A stretch of DNA of 64,000 bases from Amphiscolops sp. MND2022 (taxonomy: Eukaryota): NCBI GenBank assembly GCA_964187785.1, contig OZ076409.1, positions 930,001 to 994,000 of the forward strand, written 5' to 3'. Of this stretch, positions 50,516-64,000 are shown piece after piece. A model generated the notes under the pieces. The model did not search any database. It saw nothing but the letters and a program-made list of their open reading frames with translations, and was not told where the DNA came from. Position numbers and translations under genes: made by a program. Positions within the stretch are counted from its first letter, which is position 1; every line of letters starts with the position of its first letter.

Positions 50516-51559
50516 GGAAAATATATGTTAGAGCAACGGTTGTAATCAAATAGGACGCACGCTGCTTCTAAAACAATTGCCTCATTGGACATTCAGGTGA
50601 AAGTCTTAATTTAACTAATTATCCACCTGCTTCTAATTCCTTTACCAAGTAGTGAAAAGTTTTCGAGATTCCTTAATTGGCAAAATTCGGCTTCTTGCAA
50701 ATTGGAGGCTTTATTGCGTTCAAATATGACTCAGCCATCTTCAGAAGGTTTCAATTGAATTTACTATATTCTGTTAAAAACTCAAATCTACTGTATAGCA
50801 GTTATATAACTCAATAGCGCTTTTATAGAAATGTTTTGCCTGAGTATTCCTCAATAATGCAAGTTCTTTTTTGACCATTGGTAATAATAAAAATGCCCAC
50901 TAAGTTATTAATTTTGCATTCATTGAATGAAAACCAAGATTTACTTCTGTTGATAATTGTCACCTTTATTCATTTCTGATTCAGTCAGCCTGATTGGCAA
51001 TTTCTATAATAATTTGACGAAAATCTACTGCAGTTATTGATTCGTTATTCATGTCTAAATGTATTGCAACCATTTCTGTGAACAGATTAGAGGTTTGATT
51101 TTTGCATCTGAGGAAAGTTATTGGAAATGAAAGTTTTTGACGACATTCTTTCACTCAAAGCAATTGCCAACTGAGGTATCAAGTTTTTCAGACTTTACAT
51201 TGAAAAAATTGCTTTTAACCCATAGAGGAGTAAAAAGATGCCATTTTGGGGATATCACTGAAGCAACAGTGTGAAGAACTTATTTTGGGAGAAAAAGATG
51301 AAGCAGAGCAGAAACTTATTCCTTGGTTGTACATAAAAAACGTCAAAAGGAAGAATTTACCCGGAGGGTTGAAAGACACAAAGACTTTTGACAAAGTTGA
51401 ATATCTCAAATGATTCTGCAAACTGGAAACGTCAAACAAAAAAGTCAGCTTTTGCAAACCCAGTTTCTGAACTTGGTAATGGCACGTCGCTTGAGTCCGC
51501 TTTTAGGGCACCTCCCTAATGCAAAGTATGTCGAAACTCTTGCCAAGCTCTTGTTTTTT

Positions 51560-51885
51560 CGGTACTCCTGACAAAGTATGGTCCATAGCGACTTCACCTT
51601 CTAAGTGTGGTCCCTATTTTATAAGTGTGGTCCCTGCATATTTTGTCGGAAATATTATTACGTCGTCGGCTATGTTCACATACCCCTAGTGTGTCTTAAA
51701 TGCAGGAGCGAAGCGAAGCGGAGCGACGTGCCATATGGGCATGCCCCAATGTTGCTACTTGGCGAAGGGAGCGAAGCGAAGCCATACAACAAATATGCCA
51801 ACCTCTTCTAGGGACCACACTTAGTCAGGAGTTTTCAGGCAGGCTGCATAAATTTTGTAGGGACCATACTTAGTCAGGAGTACCG
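51560..51885. mobile_element. MITE (Tc1/mariner-type ends)
   Basis: TIRs cggtactcctgacaaagtatggtcc / ggaccatacttagtcaggagtaccg; internal aagtgtggtccct repeats; TA on the right flank. Confidence 0.8.
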
Positions 51886-52570
51886 TATATTGCTACTTAT
51901 TCCCGTTTACAATTGGAAGCCTTGATAAGATCATGTATAATCTTGCTTCACACAGACCTCTTGAACTCTTTTAGGAATCTGGGAAAGAGTCTAATCGAGA
52001 ATGTCAAGCCTAGTCAAAACAGCCGAAACTTTTTTCATGCTGAAGGCGTGAAAGAAGGATAATTTCTAATAAAAAACCGTCAAAAATTCATTAAGTTTCC
52101 GGTGTTGAACCTCCAAGGATTACATTGCAGTTTCAACTATTGTAATTAAAAGAAAAAATTCTTTTCATTTCCTTAGCAACGGTGCATTCACATTTTGATT
52201 TCTCAAGTACTCATCTGATGTAATGACCGCTTCTCAAATTGCACGCCGAGGATGACGCTAATTTGCATTTTATATTGAGACTGAAAATATTTTGCATGAA
52301 AATGGTAGTGAGCAACTCCGTTGCATCTAAAAACAGAATTCCTTCCTAATGACAAACTTTTGAAGCTTCAAATTTTTTCCAAATTTAGCATGCTTCTTTC
52401 AAGCAGATTCATAACAATCGAATAGAACTAAAAATATTTTCCCATAGAAATTTACGTTGGAATTTTATTAGAAAATCAATTTAAAAGTTGGTGGCAACTT
52501 TTAAAAACAAAAGGTTCAAGCAACTTCAACAAGTGAAGAGATTGAATAACTTGTAGAACAAACAACAATA

Positions 52571-53244
52571 CAGTACTGTGATTAAGAAATCGTCCCCCTA
52601 TGCGCTGAACGTCGTTATCAACCAATTAGAATAGCTTATTCGCTCTCATTTTCAATTCATATTGGCGCATCAAGAGAAATCTCCGGCGCAGAAAGAACAC
52701 TTCTGCTATTTTCCCAGTTTTGGGCAGGTTTTTGAAATATTTTTCTGAAAATTGTAAATTCATCGAATTCTGCAGATTGTACAGATTTGAATGATATATT
52801 TTTGGTTTCAAAAACATTCTAAATGGAAAAATAATTGCAGTTTTCAGCCGCGAAACGTTCATTTCCTATCTTAATACATGTAAATTGACGAAGTTTTACC
52901 TTTCGATTATGATATTTCAAAAAAGGTTGATAATTTTTGAAATCTAAAAATACCCATAGATTCAGTAGATTTGTGCGAGTTATTTGAGCATAAAACTTGC
53001 CGAAAAAACTGTGGATAAAACGGTCAAAAATTGGTAAAACGGAAAAAAAGCCCCAAATTTGCTCAAAATCAGCTATTTGTAACTTTCTCAATTTTTGTCC
53101 CAGAAAAATTTAAAAAACACTAATGTAAACTAGATGAAATTCTAAGAAACTTTTATTTCTTATGTTTTACAAAATTCTCAACAGATCTCGAGAAATTTGA
53201 GCCTAAAATTGCCCCGGGGGACGTTTTTCTTAATCACAGTACTG
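52571..53244. mobile_element. Tc1/mariner (pogo-like) MITE
   Basis: TIRs cagtactgtgattaagaaatcgtccccc / gggggacgtttttcttaatcacagtactg, flanked by TA on both sides. Confidence 0.88.
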
Positions 53245-53895
53245 TATTGTTTGAAATTACTTTGTTAATCTTCCAACTATCAGCTACAGTATCATTCTTT
53301 GAAGTGTTGGTTATACGACAACTCATATTCAGGGCGGCGTGCTAGCTTGGTTGGTAGTGTGAACGGCTGCGGCATAATAGGTTCGCTGGTCGAACTGTAC
53401 AATAGGCGTTGTTGTTTGGTTGTTTGTTTTTATTCACTTTTGTTAGCTTCTCCCTTGAAACTTTGATACTTGTATGCACTTGGTGTCTGTTGGATTTCGC
53501 TACCACCTCGTTGCCGAAAAACGTTTTAGCGGTCAGGTTATAACTGATTCCGTTATATAAATAGGCTGTCAGTCATTCGTATGATTTTTGTAGAACTAAA
53601 ATACCTTTAGACTTACTATACTTACTGATAACATCAAAATACAAGTACGTTTAACAGTACGTTTTATCCTAATTATATACGTTTATTATATTAATAATTT
53701 TATATTACACTTTATATCATATGTTGTAATTATAATAATCGACTCGCATCGAGTTTAATGTTACCATAGTAAAGAGATCGTTTCGAAGAAAGATTACATC
53801 ACGTTCATTTTCTTAAACATTTTTGGCAATGGAGAAACTGCTTAGTTAATCTAGTCTACAGGTAACTAAAACGGATGAAAACCTGTCTAACTTCT

Positions 53896-55842
53896 TGTCA
53901 CGACCCGCTCCCGGCGGGTGCAACTTTTGCAACGAAGGAATGCATAAACGCACAATCGGACTTGGACACGGGAAATGTGACTCCTAGAGAAAAGTAAATA
54001 TCTTACCTTATCTTAAACCACAGAACGACAAATAATTAACGCTGAAACATTTTTTCAATAAACGTAACACTCACGCAAATGCTCAAAATGATTTTCTAAA
54101 AAGACAAAATTTCCGGTCTATTATTTCACGTCTAGAGATTTTTACTTCCGGTCTCAGTCCTAACCTTCTTCCATATCAACCTAAAAAATTAAAAGATTAA
54201 AAAGCGAAATAGAAGTAACTTCCTTTTCACATCCTGAAAAACAAAACAAAGATCAATATTTGAATCCGCGATCCCAACGGATAACATTGTCCAATCTAAA
54301 ATTGAGAAATGCAAAACACAAAAGAGATGGCACAATAGTAGTTGAAGTAGCTGTTAAAATCTATTGAGATTACAAGCACGTAATCTAAATAAACATCAAC
54401 AACGTAATGGACGCGGAGCGTACCGAGATTGAAGTTCGAATTTCTATTTTTACGAACCAATAGCGTTGCTTCCCCGCTGAACTGTTTGAGCTCAATCCAA
54501 TAAGGCGCCAGCTCAATCTTATTACGATGTTGCCATAGCAACACCAATTAAATAGGAGAAAGAGAATGAACGCTTACGCGTTCCGCACAATCCCCGCTCG
54601 CTCTCGTTTAATTATAATTAATCTTAATACGTACGGAGTAACTGCGGGGCTGATTGTAAAATTGGAGATTGCTAAGCTAACCATAGCCAATCTTAATACG
54701 TACGGGGAAAATACGGGACAGTTTGTTTAGCCACGAACTAATCTCAACTACCTTATGTAGCCCTGACAAATACGGAATTATAACGGAATAATCAATATGA
54801 GACAATATTAGATTTCTGTATTCCGCTTGATTCCCGGTTCGGTAAGATTGATTAGTCATGCTGAAGGTTAAGAAAAGGAAGTAGTCGCGTGGGAAACGTC
54901 TTATTGAATACCTAAAGGTGTTGTTCTCATAAAATTTGTTGTTTAAATCCTTAATTTGGCTGATTTATCAATTTATTGAATGCCTGATTAAGCAGTTGTC
55001 ACTGATGCTTGTTAATTGTTGTTGATATGAAAGTTTGTAATTGTCTTTGGAGCTTGCCAATTGTTGCGCTGAGTCGTTGTTCACGCTGGCGTGCAATCTT
55101 AGGCAGAATTTCATTTAGACTTTTACTTTGCCGCCATTTCTTCAACTAAACCGGAAATGTGATTGTTGAACAAAAATGTTTTCAACTGACGATCCGCAAG
55201 AGAGCCGTGATCAGGAATTGCAATACCTGAATTAATGATCAGAGGGTTAAAATAATAATGATGATTAAGTATTTTTGTGAACAAAACCGATTTTTAAGAT
55301 TCCTAGGAGTATTTAGGTGAGGATCGAATGATGCTGAGAAAGTATATATCTTTAGAACACATGTAAAAGAGGGAATCTAATCTTTTGTTGTTGCGCTAAC
55401 ACTTCTTTGATAAAATCTTTTCTTTGAAGAATTCTACATTCCCAAAGAATATCTTTCGCCTCTATATCAATATGACCACTAGAAGTCAGGAAAGGAAGGC
55501 CGTAGAGCAATTGGTGTCGGTCGAGTAGGTGGGGATATCCAAATAGAGAATCCCGTAGCAGGAACGAGCAAATCCTCAAGAGTTCAGAGAGAAAATCTAG
55601 AGGAAATGAAATCCACCCTTAGGAATAAAAAAGCCTCTCTGATCTCACTAGAATTCTGGCCGAGAACCAAAAGGAAGTACTAAAACTAGTTGCACCTGTC
55701 GCTAAGAAACAGGCCACGCTAACTGTACCTGAAGATTCAGATTCTGAAAACGAGAACGCTCCGCTAACTGCAACATCAACACCTGTTAAACCCAAAACTA
55801 CTACGGTTAATCCAAAAATCACACCGGTAAATAGCCGTAACA
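53896..55842 (+). mobile_element. Probable solo LTR (~1.95 kb) of a second Gypsy family, ending in a gag-like N-terminal frame
   Basis: TGTCACG...CGTAACA ends; flanks CTTCT / CCTCT (4 of 5 match). Broken frame from ATG 55472 (MTTRSQERK...ILAENQKEVLKLVAP...TPVNSRN) runs up to the terminal CA. Confidence 0.65.
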
Positions 55843-56610
55843 CCTCTGCCACACTATAGAAACACCTTAAAATGTTTCAGGAAAGTTTTTCTATTATTTT
55901 GAATAACAAAAAAAAAAGAAAACAAAAAACAGAATAAATTTTTTTGTTTATATTCATTTTTCTTCTGGAAAAGTCTTTGAGCTTCTAGGAAATCTGTTCA
56001 GGCGAATTATTTTATAATTTTTTCACTGTCATCGTTAATTGTTTTCATTATACATGTATTTTACTGCCCTCCGGTGAATTAGATTATTATTTCTTCTATA
56101 TCATTATCAATGTTATATTATATATCAATGTTTTTATCATTCAATAGTCGATTTCCAAGTATTAGTGTGTTGTTTTGATACCATATGGTAACAAATATCT
56201 AGCGCTGCTAGTTTCGCAGATTTTAGGATTTAGCCTAGTGGGAAATTCAATGCTCATCATTTGGAATTGAAACAGCAGCAGAAGATTTTGTTCTTTTCTC
56301 AACCGAGTCTGTACGGAAGCACTTCCTAACTGTTAATTAAAAACTCGAATTGAACTTACACTTGACTTTTATCGGCCGGAAATGGAGGCGGGAAGCATGT
56401 CGATATTGTAATTTCCAACTGATGCACCATTGTTTCAAGCGGCGGCGGGTGGGGAATAAGAAACGAGGTTCAAAAGCCATTATGTCGACATAGATGGCGT
56501 TGGCATTTCCGTTCGATCAAATAATTGATGTCGATATACTCCCTTCATTTACATTAATTCACAGTCAAAAATGGCCCATTTTAAGTAGGCGATTTTGAAA
56601 GAAAAGAGTG

Positions 56611-56985
56611 GGGGGAGCATGGCGTAGTGGTTAGAGCATTCGGCCTGTACTGGGGCGGTATCACGTTAGAATCTCTCTCAACTCACCATTGTTGGTCCTT
56701 AAGCAAGTCCTTTATCCCTAGCTTAGTGGTATGATCAATGACAAAAAATAACGCATTTGGCGGAGAAAAGCAAAATAAAAAGAGCAACAGTGAGCAGTAA
56801 GACCTTTGTGACCTTGAGCAAGTCACCCTGAAACCACAGCTTCAAGTCAACCATTACCTGACCACTTAGTTGCAAATATGGTACCATAGTTTGCTATGGG
56901 GAGAGTATCAGAAAGGGCGCCGACTTGGAAAGGCAGAACTGCTTATTCGGCGTCCACCCCCGCGGTAATGGGGAAATTAACTGCT
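56611..56985 (+). mobile_element. tRNA-derived SINE
   Basis: A-box head gggagcatggcgtagtggttagagc, then core-like ggtccttaagcaagtc / gaccttgagcaagtcac, ending in a (CT)n tail. Confidence 0.65.
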
Positions 56986-57156
<171 letters not shown>

Positions 57157-58134
57157 CGACACTATAGTCATGACTTTTCGTCAGTGTTTTTTTCGATACA
57201 CCTTAAGTGACCAAAATAGTTCTACTCAAAGTTCTAGAAAATTTTGAATTGTACCTGTTGGCCCAGGGAATCGAATCAAAAAAGTTTTTGCCTTTTTTTC
57301 CGCGTAGCATATAATACCGGGTGAGACCAAAGAGTCCTCCTTCCAGTTTTTTTCGGCATTGTGAGATTTTAAAAAAATACCAAAGGGTCCCCCATTCAAT
57401 TTTTTGATGTTTTGCAACAATGGATGTTTAAAAAATCCCAAAAAATGCCGATGATTTGCGACAGAATGAATGAAAAATCTCAAAGGTTCCCCCGTGGCGC
57501 GCCAATTCGGTCCAACTTATGGGTCTTTCGGGCACTTTAAGTTGTAGTAGACAATACTTTAAAATTTGAAGTCCTTCCGCTGTTTTTGAGCCTTAGATAT
57601 GGCGCCAACTTGGGCCGGTCCAGGTTTGTTACTTTGTGGCGGAGAAAATATGCATTAAAATAGGGGCCTTTGTCCATACTTTGGCCTGTACCATGAAACA
57701 TTTTGTTCTTGAAGAAAACTATTCCATTAATAAGAGAAAATTAAATGAATGTAAATACTTCGAAAAGGCGTGAAATTCTGCTATTTTGGACAATAATATC
57801 AAAAAATTAGGGTCATGTTTTTGCAAGAAGTGTGAAAACAGTTATAGAAACAATCCTCGAAGTATTTACATTCATACAATATTCTCTTTTTGGTGGAATA
57901 ATTTTCTTCTTTAAGATTAAAATGTTCTTTCGTGTTGGGGGATTCGAAACAAGGAGTACCTGGGGGGAAATGAAATAAAAGACGTGGCCCCAACTCTTTT
58001 TAATGTCCTCTCTCAGATACTCGGGGGGGTGTGTTTGGGGGGTGGCGAATTGCGAATTGGAGAGACGATAGATGGACGGCTAACTTCAATTAATTCAGTC
58101 CCCTTCTAACATACGCATGGAAGTTCAGAGCATA

Positions 58135-59279
58135 CCCGGGTTGACCCTCTTACTAGCATCTTAGCTGTCTTGGCAAGATCTTGCCAAAATCTTAATACGT
58201 CTTGGCAACCATGGATCCCATGGCAAGATTCTTATTAAGATCTTACTAAGATAATACTTTTTCCAAGATCGTATCTTATCACGATGGACAAAATTTTAAG
58301 ATTATAAAAAACATTATACCTTCAGTACAAGCAGCCGAGACTCAATCTAAAGGCTCATTTCACCCAACAACGACTATTTCTACTCGTTTTCATAATCAAA
58401 ATGCTTAAACCTGCTGAAAAAATTTTGCATGCAAAAATGCGTGAAAAATTACGATAACGTAGTCTGGCTTCCAAAATTTTGACGATAATCCTAATAACTG
58501 CTCACCTGTTTAGGACTGAGAAATGCGAATGTACCAAATGAAAGGTCATTTCAAGGGCTTTCCAAAACTTGTAATTTATCACTCCTGTCGAGTCCAGAGG
58601 CGGAGAAATATGCTCTCAAACGTCCAGACCCACTATCGGAAAATTACAAAGGAAAGACCTTAAAATCCTGAAATTTTTGTAAAAAATCATATTTCCAGCT
58701 TTCTTTGAGCCTGTTTCAGCAGCCTTATTACTACTAGAAACGGCGGTCATTGCTCTAATTTGGGTAATGATTCAGCTCAAGGCTTCTCTGACGCCGTTGT
58801 TGGCGACAGTTTTGCAATTGAAAGAACAATATCGATATCGAAATGGTTGTAAAAATCATTCAGTAATTTTGTTTTGAGTGATGTCTAGATTATTTTTCCA
58901 TAACTCTTAAATTAATGGTTTTCTGATTCTACTTTTTCTCGATATCGAGCAGTTCATAGCAATTTTTGTCTTGCCATATTCGGCTTCTTAGTTAGATTTT
59001 TCTTGCCATATTGGGCTTCTTAGTAAGATTTTTCTTGCCATATTCGGCTTCTTAGTTAGATTTTTCTTGCCATATTAGGCTTCTTAGTAAGATTTTTCTT
59101 GCCATATTGGGCTTCTTAGTAAGATTTTTCTTGGAAACATGGCTCTCTTGATAAGACCTTACCATGGCATCTTACAATTCTTGGCAATATCTTGTCACGA
59201 TCGTAGCTAAGATTTTTCCAAGATCTTGGCAAGATCTTGCCAAGATCTTACTAAGATATCCATGGAGGGTCGACCCGGG
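58135..59279. mobile_element. Non-autonomous DNA transposon with internal 32-bp tandem repeat
   Basis: TIRs cccgggttgaccctc / gagggtcgacccggg with TA flanks; subterminal tcttggcaagatcttgcc palindromes; five 32-bp units (ttgccatatt(c/g/a)ggcttcttagt(t/a)agatttttc) at 58971-59130. Confidence 0.85.
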
Positions 59280-62200
59280 TAATTAACGTTATTTTTTTAA
59301 AAAAAAAATCAGTTACATTTCCTGTCTGAATTTTCTTAAAAAACTGATCAAAACGGCTTCACGTGAAGAAGTTAATCTCAGAACAGAGCCCAGACGCCAT
59401 TTCGAAGAGTAGTTGTTAATTTTGAAAATTGGACAGAGAACTTTCAAGATGTGCAAAAGGTTGACACAAAACTGATAGCTCAATTTCACGTAGCTGCTTT
59501 TTCTGTAATCCGAATTTCACCGAATTCAGTGAACTTAGCTGGAGAAAAATTCCATTCCTTAGACTTGGCCTGTTAGGAACTTGCAGCAGTCAGTTTTTCT
59601 CTGTGCTACTCAGGTAATTGAGGTCAAAGATTTCCATCTGTAGTTTCTAAAAATAACGTTTTGCGTGATTGTTAAGCTGAAAATGATAGACCTAAATAAC
59701 AAAGTTAGGGCAATTAGTTTTTCTGGAAATTGAACTAGCAATAAGTCGCTTTTTTGTTTGAAGAAAATCAATAATAATTTCTCCTTTTGTGAGAAAAAAA
59801 CACAATTTTTGCAAACTTCTTATGAATAATTTTGTCAGATGTTTCTGAAAAACTATATTCAAACAAATATTTGACATCCGTGAGCAGGAACAGCAATATG
59901 TTTGGATTTTCGGCATTGCTTCCTTGGTTACTGACGGGCTGAAATGAAAACAATTTCGTTAAAAATTATAGTGAACGACAATTTTGCTGGGAAAATTCGT
60001 TTCATGCAGCTGCCCGATAACTTTAACCTTTTGTTGGACGAAACTTGTGATTTCTGTTTATATGCATGACAAGGCCCGGGATGTTAAAAAATTAATTGAA
60101 TAAAAATTAATTGCAATTAATTGAGTTTTTAAATTGATTGCAGAGTCTCCACTTAATTCAAGTATAATTGAGACAAACCCATTTAATTGCACAAAACCAG
60201 TTAGAGTCGTTTCAATTGCAACTAAATTGGCGGATTTTCTCAGAAAAGCAAACGCATTTCTAAGAAATCCGATTGTGAGAAAACCATTTCTGAGAAAACC
60301 GTTATTACCAATAGAAATATAAAACTGCTATTACCAATGAACTTGGAAATACAACTCTTTCTGATGGATGGTTAATCATCGTTTCTGGAATGAGCTGATT
60401 GTTGATACTACTGTATAGTTAATGCACCTGGAAGCTGAAAGCGAAATAATTGCAATTATAATTGTTTTCTTGTCACATGGCAACTTTAGACCCTTTTAAA
60501 AGTTCGCATCAAAATTCGTTCACTTTTTCTCAGAACAAGGCTTTAGCACTGTAGCTCAAGCTAACATTTTGCCAAACGTCGAGGGTAATTGATCAAAAAT
60601 GGCGCTTTCATCCTCTTAGACAATAATGGAAAAAATTGGGGAAATCCGTATTTTGTTGGTTGCATAGTAACATAGATTGTGAAGAAAAAAAGTTGACCAA
60701 AATTTCTATCTGATTGTATTTTCCTCATTTCTGGCGGGCAAGAATCATATCATAGAGCGGTAGAAAACAACCATGGGTCCAGAAAACGTTCGTCCGCATA
60801 TTTTTTCAACAGTACAAAAAAAATTTGCTTTGTGGTATATGCTCATTAAGTACGCTAGGAGTTTCTATACAAACTATCAGTCACCAACAGTTGAAGTATG
60901 AAGGAAATTAAACAAGAAACACTATCATCGTTTTCAAAAATAAACAAGTCGGAATCGGTTGAAAAAAAGAGGAATCTGAATATTTATCAGACAAGCATGT
61001 TTGTGGCGGTTTATGGTAGCGCAGTTCACCTCTTTAAAAAATACAAAGAAATTGCAGTTGGCCAGGTTCGAACCCTCGACCTTCAACTGTCCAATAGAAA
61101 CAACGTTTTTGAACTTGGTCCGAACCGAACGCATGAACTTCAGCATAAAACTCCTCTGATCAGTAGGGCATTTCATATGTGAAAACATCGAATGAACCAA
61201 GGCGATCCCTTTGGTGGAAGAAACAGGAAAATAAGCAGAGTGCTGACAAATCTGAAGGGGACCTTTAGTCTCATATAATCTCGTAGAATATGTAAAACAA
61301 GCAGCGAACGGCCCAAGTTGGCGCCCCGCTCAAGGTTCAAACAGAGGAAAGTGTTATAACTATGCTAAAGGACTCTTTCATGGAAATGTTTATCAAATTT
61401 ACTCCGATAAAAATACCCAACGTCAGAAGTTCGGACATAACATTCAGGGCCACATAAGAGCGCTTTTTTCGAACCGTACTAAACAGGGTAAAACGAGTAG
61501 GAAGCGAATAACGGGGCATGAAAAAAAACTGGAAAAAAGCTTATGAAATATGTCAGTTCGCCAGTATTTTTTTAAAAAACCCACTGCTATTGTCGGTTCT
61601 AAAAGCGCATGAAAATTTGAAAGGCGACTCTGGCTGGCTAAGGATTGTTTAGATCCTAAACGTAAAAAGGTACAACCTAGTTCATCTATTTTTCTCACTT
61701 CGGACGAATTGAGAGGTAAACCAAAAGAAGAAGAAAAAATCACCATAATACGTTTTCATGTAGCGCTAAAAAATTCAGCGTCAGCTTTGAAGATCAAAAC
61801 GAAACAAGAACGCCAAGTCGGTGCGCCCTGTTTTGGGCTCGAAGATACCAAAGTCTCAATGAAATGTCTTCATAAACTTCAGAGTGTCAAAAGATTGTAA
61901 AGGCGCCCTTTCCCTTGTTGAAATTGAATGAATTGTTTACATGTTCTTCAAAGTTGCCATCTTTCACGTGAAGAGACTCTCATGTGAAAATATTTACGTG
62001 TTGTATTCGATTTTTATCAAATTGCTTCAAAGATTCATGGAAAATTTTGTGACAATTTCAAGGCCTTACGTTTTGCAATTTGCATCAAGGAGCAGTTCTA
62101 CTTTGGATTGCATAGGATTTTACCAATTTTGCCCGAATTCGAATTGACTTCAATCACGGAAACGTTAACTGAACAATGGATGTCAGAGAACCAATTATGA

Positions 62201-63119
62201 TAAAGGAAAGGAAGCTAATACTGAATGACATAATGCTTTTAAGAGCAAACACATCGCTCATTCAATTTTGAAATTATTCTAGGTTTTCAAACCTTTAGTT
62301 TGTTAAATTCACTAGGAGGTCCTAATTTTACTAACAGTAGAAACGATTTGGATGTATAATTCAAAGAAATCTTCAGTCCTCAATTACATAGATTCATTGA
62401 TTTCTCAAGAAAAGTTGCACATTGCCGAAAAACTCAATGACAGACCTTTTAGGTCGAAAACTGTGTTTCCTAAAGTGATAGTATTTCAAAAAAAGTGAAG
62501 TCGCACAGTGCCGAGAAAAACCCGAGGTACACTTCGGTCTCATATAGTCTTGGGGACAAGGCAAAACTAATAAAAAAACTCAAAAAGAGAAAACTTCGGT
62601 CTGTGATCTGACAAAAAATCTTGCCCCTATAAGAGTCGGGCACTTTTTGATACAAAAGCGCTGAATAAAAAACGCCCACCGACAACAGAGTTTCCTGCCG
62701 TTTTGAAATTGCCTAGCAACACTTCATATTTAGAGCTCTATGATATTTTGAGGCCACGAGGCATTTTAACCCATTTACTCCTGTCTTCAGCCACTCTACG
62801 GGCCAACAAAACGGGTCACGTATCTTTTTGCTTTGAATAGAAGAAAAACTTGTCACTGCAATAGTCGGGAACAATCGGTTTCAACATGCGCCGAATAAAT
62901 ACATGAACTTGATGCTACAGTCACTGAACAGAATAGTTGTTCCGTCTTGAAAAAATGAAATGTTTAATACAGCAACTTTGAATTAGGATAAATGAACCTG
63001 AACACAACTGGGTTCAAATATTTTCGCTTGTTAATACTTCTGCAATTGCCCATTCATGCGAACCACTTTTTTCATTCATCGGGGCTGGATATCATGCAAA
63101 TTTTTGAGGTTTTCTAGGG

Positions 63120-63640
63120 GATTTGCGTAGAATAATTCTGAAAACTTTTGAAATAGCCACTCAAAACTCTTGAAAGGGTGTTCTTTAGTTTTCGCTCACA
63201 ATACAATCATACGTTTTGAATGATGCTCCAATTGGGAGACTGCCGACAACGTTGACCTTTATTTATATAATTTAGACGGAAGAATTGACTGTGTAAGCTG
63301 ACGCTTGAACACTCGCGTTGTCTTGTTCAAAAATGTAAGGGTGACCAGAGAAACTTCAATTGAGGGCACGTAAAATTGTCGCCATGATGCCACTGTATTC
63401 TCCGGAATCAACTATTTCCGACGTTTTGCAGATGAAATTAGGTCCATGAGTTTTTCCTGCCAGTTCAGATTTCCGCAGTTTTCAGCCAGTTTCTTGGATA
63501 TTCTTAATGCGGTGAATGATTTTTGTGGTACAAGAATCTCAGCGATGCGTACTTTTTCAAACCCGTGTGTAAATCGGTGTTCCAAGTCTGGTTGTTATTT
63601 TTCATTCATGACTTCAGCTGAAAATCATTTTTAAAAAGGT
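63120..63640 (-). pseudogene. Tc1-family transposase remnant
   Basis: Minus strand gives HPYIFEQDNASVQ and, after a frameshift, QSPNWSIIQNV*LYCERKL, matching the Tc1 QDNA / SPDLNPIENxW motifs. Confidence 0.7.
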
Positions 63641-64000
63641 AACAAATACACTTGAAGCAATCTGATTTTTTTCTAATTGGGACAGCTATTCTCGTAGCTC
63701 GTACTCAAAACTCCTAAAATTTGCAAAATGCGTGAAAACAACAGCTGTAAAAGTTTGTTAAAATATAATGAAAAAGAACATAAGTTACCTCGAGCAAAAT
63801 ATCTTGAGACGCTTGCCAATATCTTGCATATCGTTACATAGTACTGTTAACTCGCGAAAAACTTGTTTATTCATGTACAAACTTCTTGAAATTCGTACTA
63901 AAGTCTTGTTTAGAATCAATTCAAGATTTTCAAGGAAAATAATTCCCTTGTAAAGCAAGCAACAATTTGTGTCCAGTCACTTTGCTATTGTTCACGCAAC

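Noticed and set aside
53759..55842. Alternative solo-LTR start at TGTTAC (53759)
   Set aside because: Its flank (TTTAA) does not match the right flank CCTCT, whereas the start at 53896 gives a 4/5 TSD match.

Overview
AT-rich animal (invertebrate-type) genomic DNA made almost entirely of transposable elements nested in one host gene. Two small + strand exons (2381-2481, TM6 'CWLP'; 40487-40581, TM7 'NPLIY') join in phase to give part of a rhodopsin-family, tachykinin/neuropeptide-receptor-like GPCR, implying a ~38 kb intron. That intron holds three large elements. (1) A young 16.3 kb Ty3/Gypsy LTR retrotransposon (2983-19263; 1815-bp LTRs, CTAAT TSD). Its gag starts inside the LTR, pol is reached by a likely -1 frameshift, and pol is followed by an ~80-nt-period hairpin array and a nine-exon antisense gene that I could splice by hand into an uninterrupted ~1016-aa zinc-finger, hAT-transposase-like protein. 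(2) A 5'-truncated RTE-like LINE. (3) A decayed ~13 kb Polinton/Maverick (adintovirus-like) element with ATPase, PHD-finger integrase, minor and major capsid, protease and pPolB. The rest of the window holds piggyBac and Tc1 remnants, a ~1.95 kb solo LTR with the same gag-in-LTR layout, several MITEs, a Helentron-like dispersed repeat family, a tRNA-derived SINE and simple repeats. The most striking candidate new system is the LTR element's spliced antisense zinc-finger gene together with the CGATG/CATCG motif arrays spread through the element. All calls were made by eye; no searches were run.
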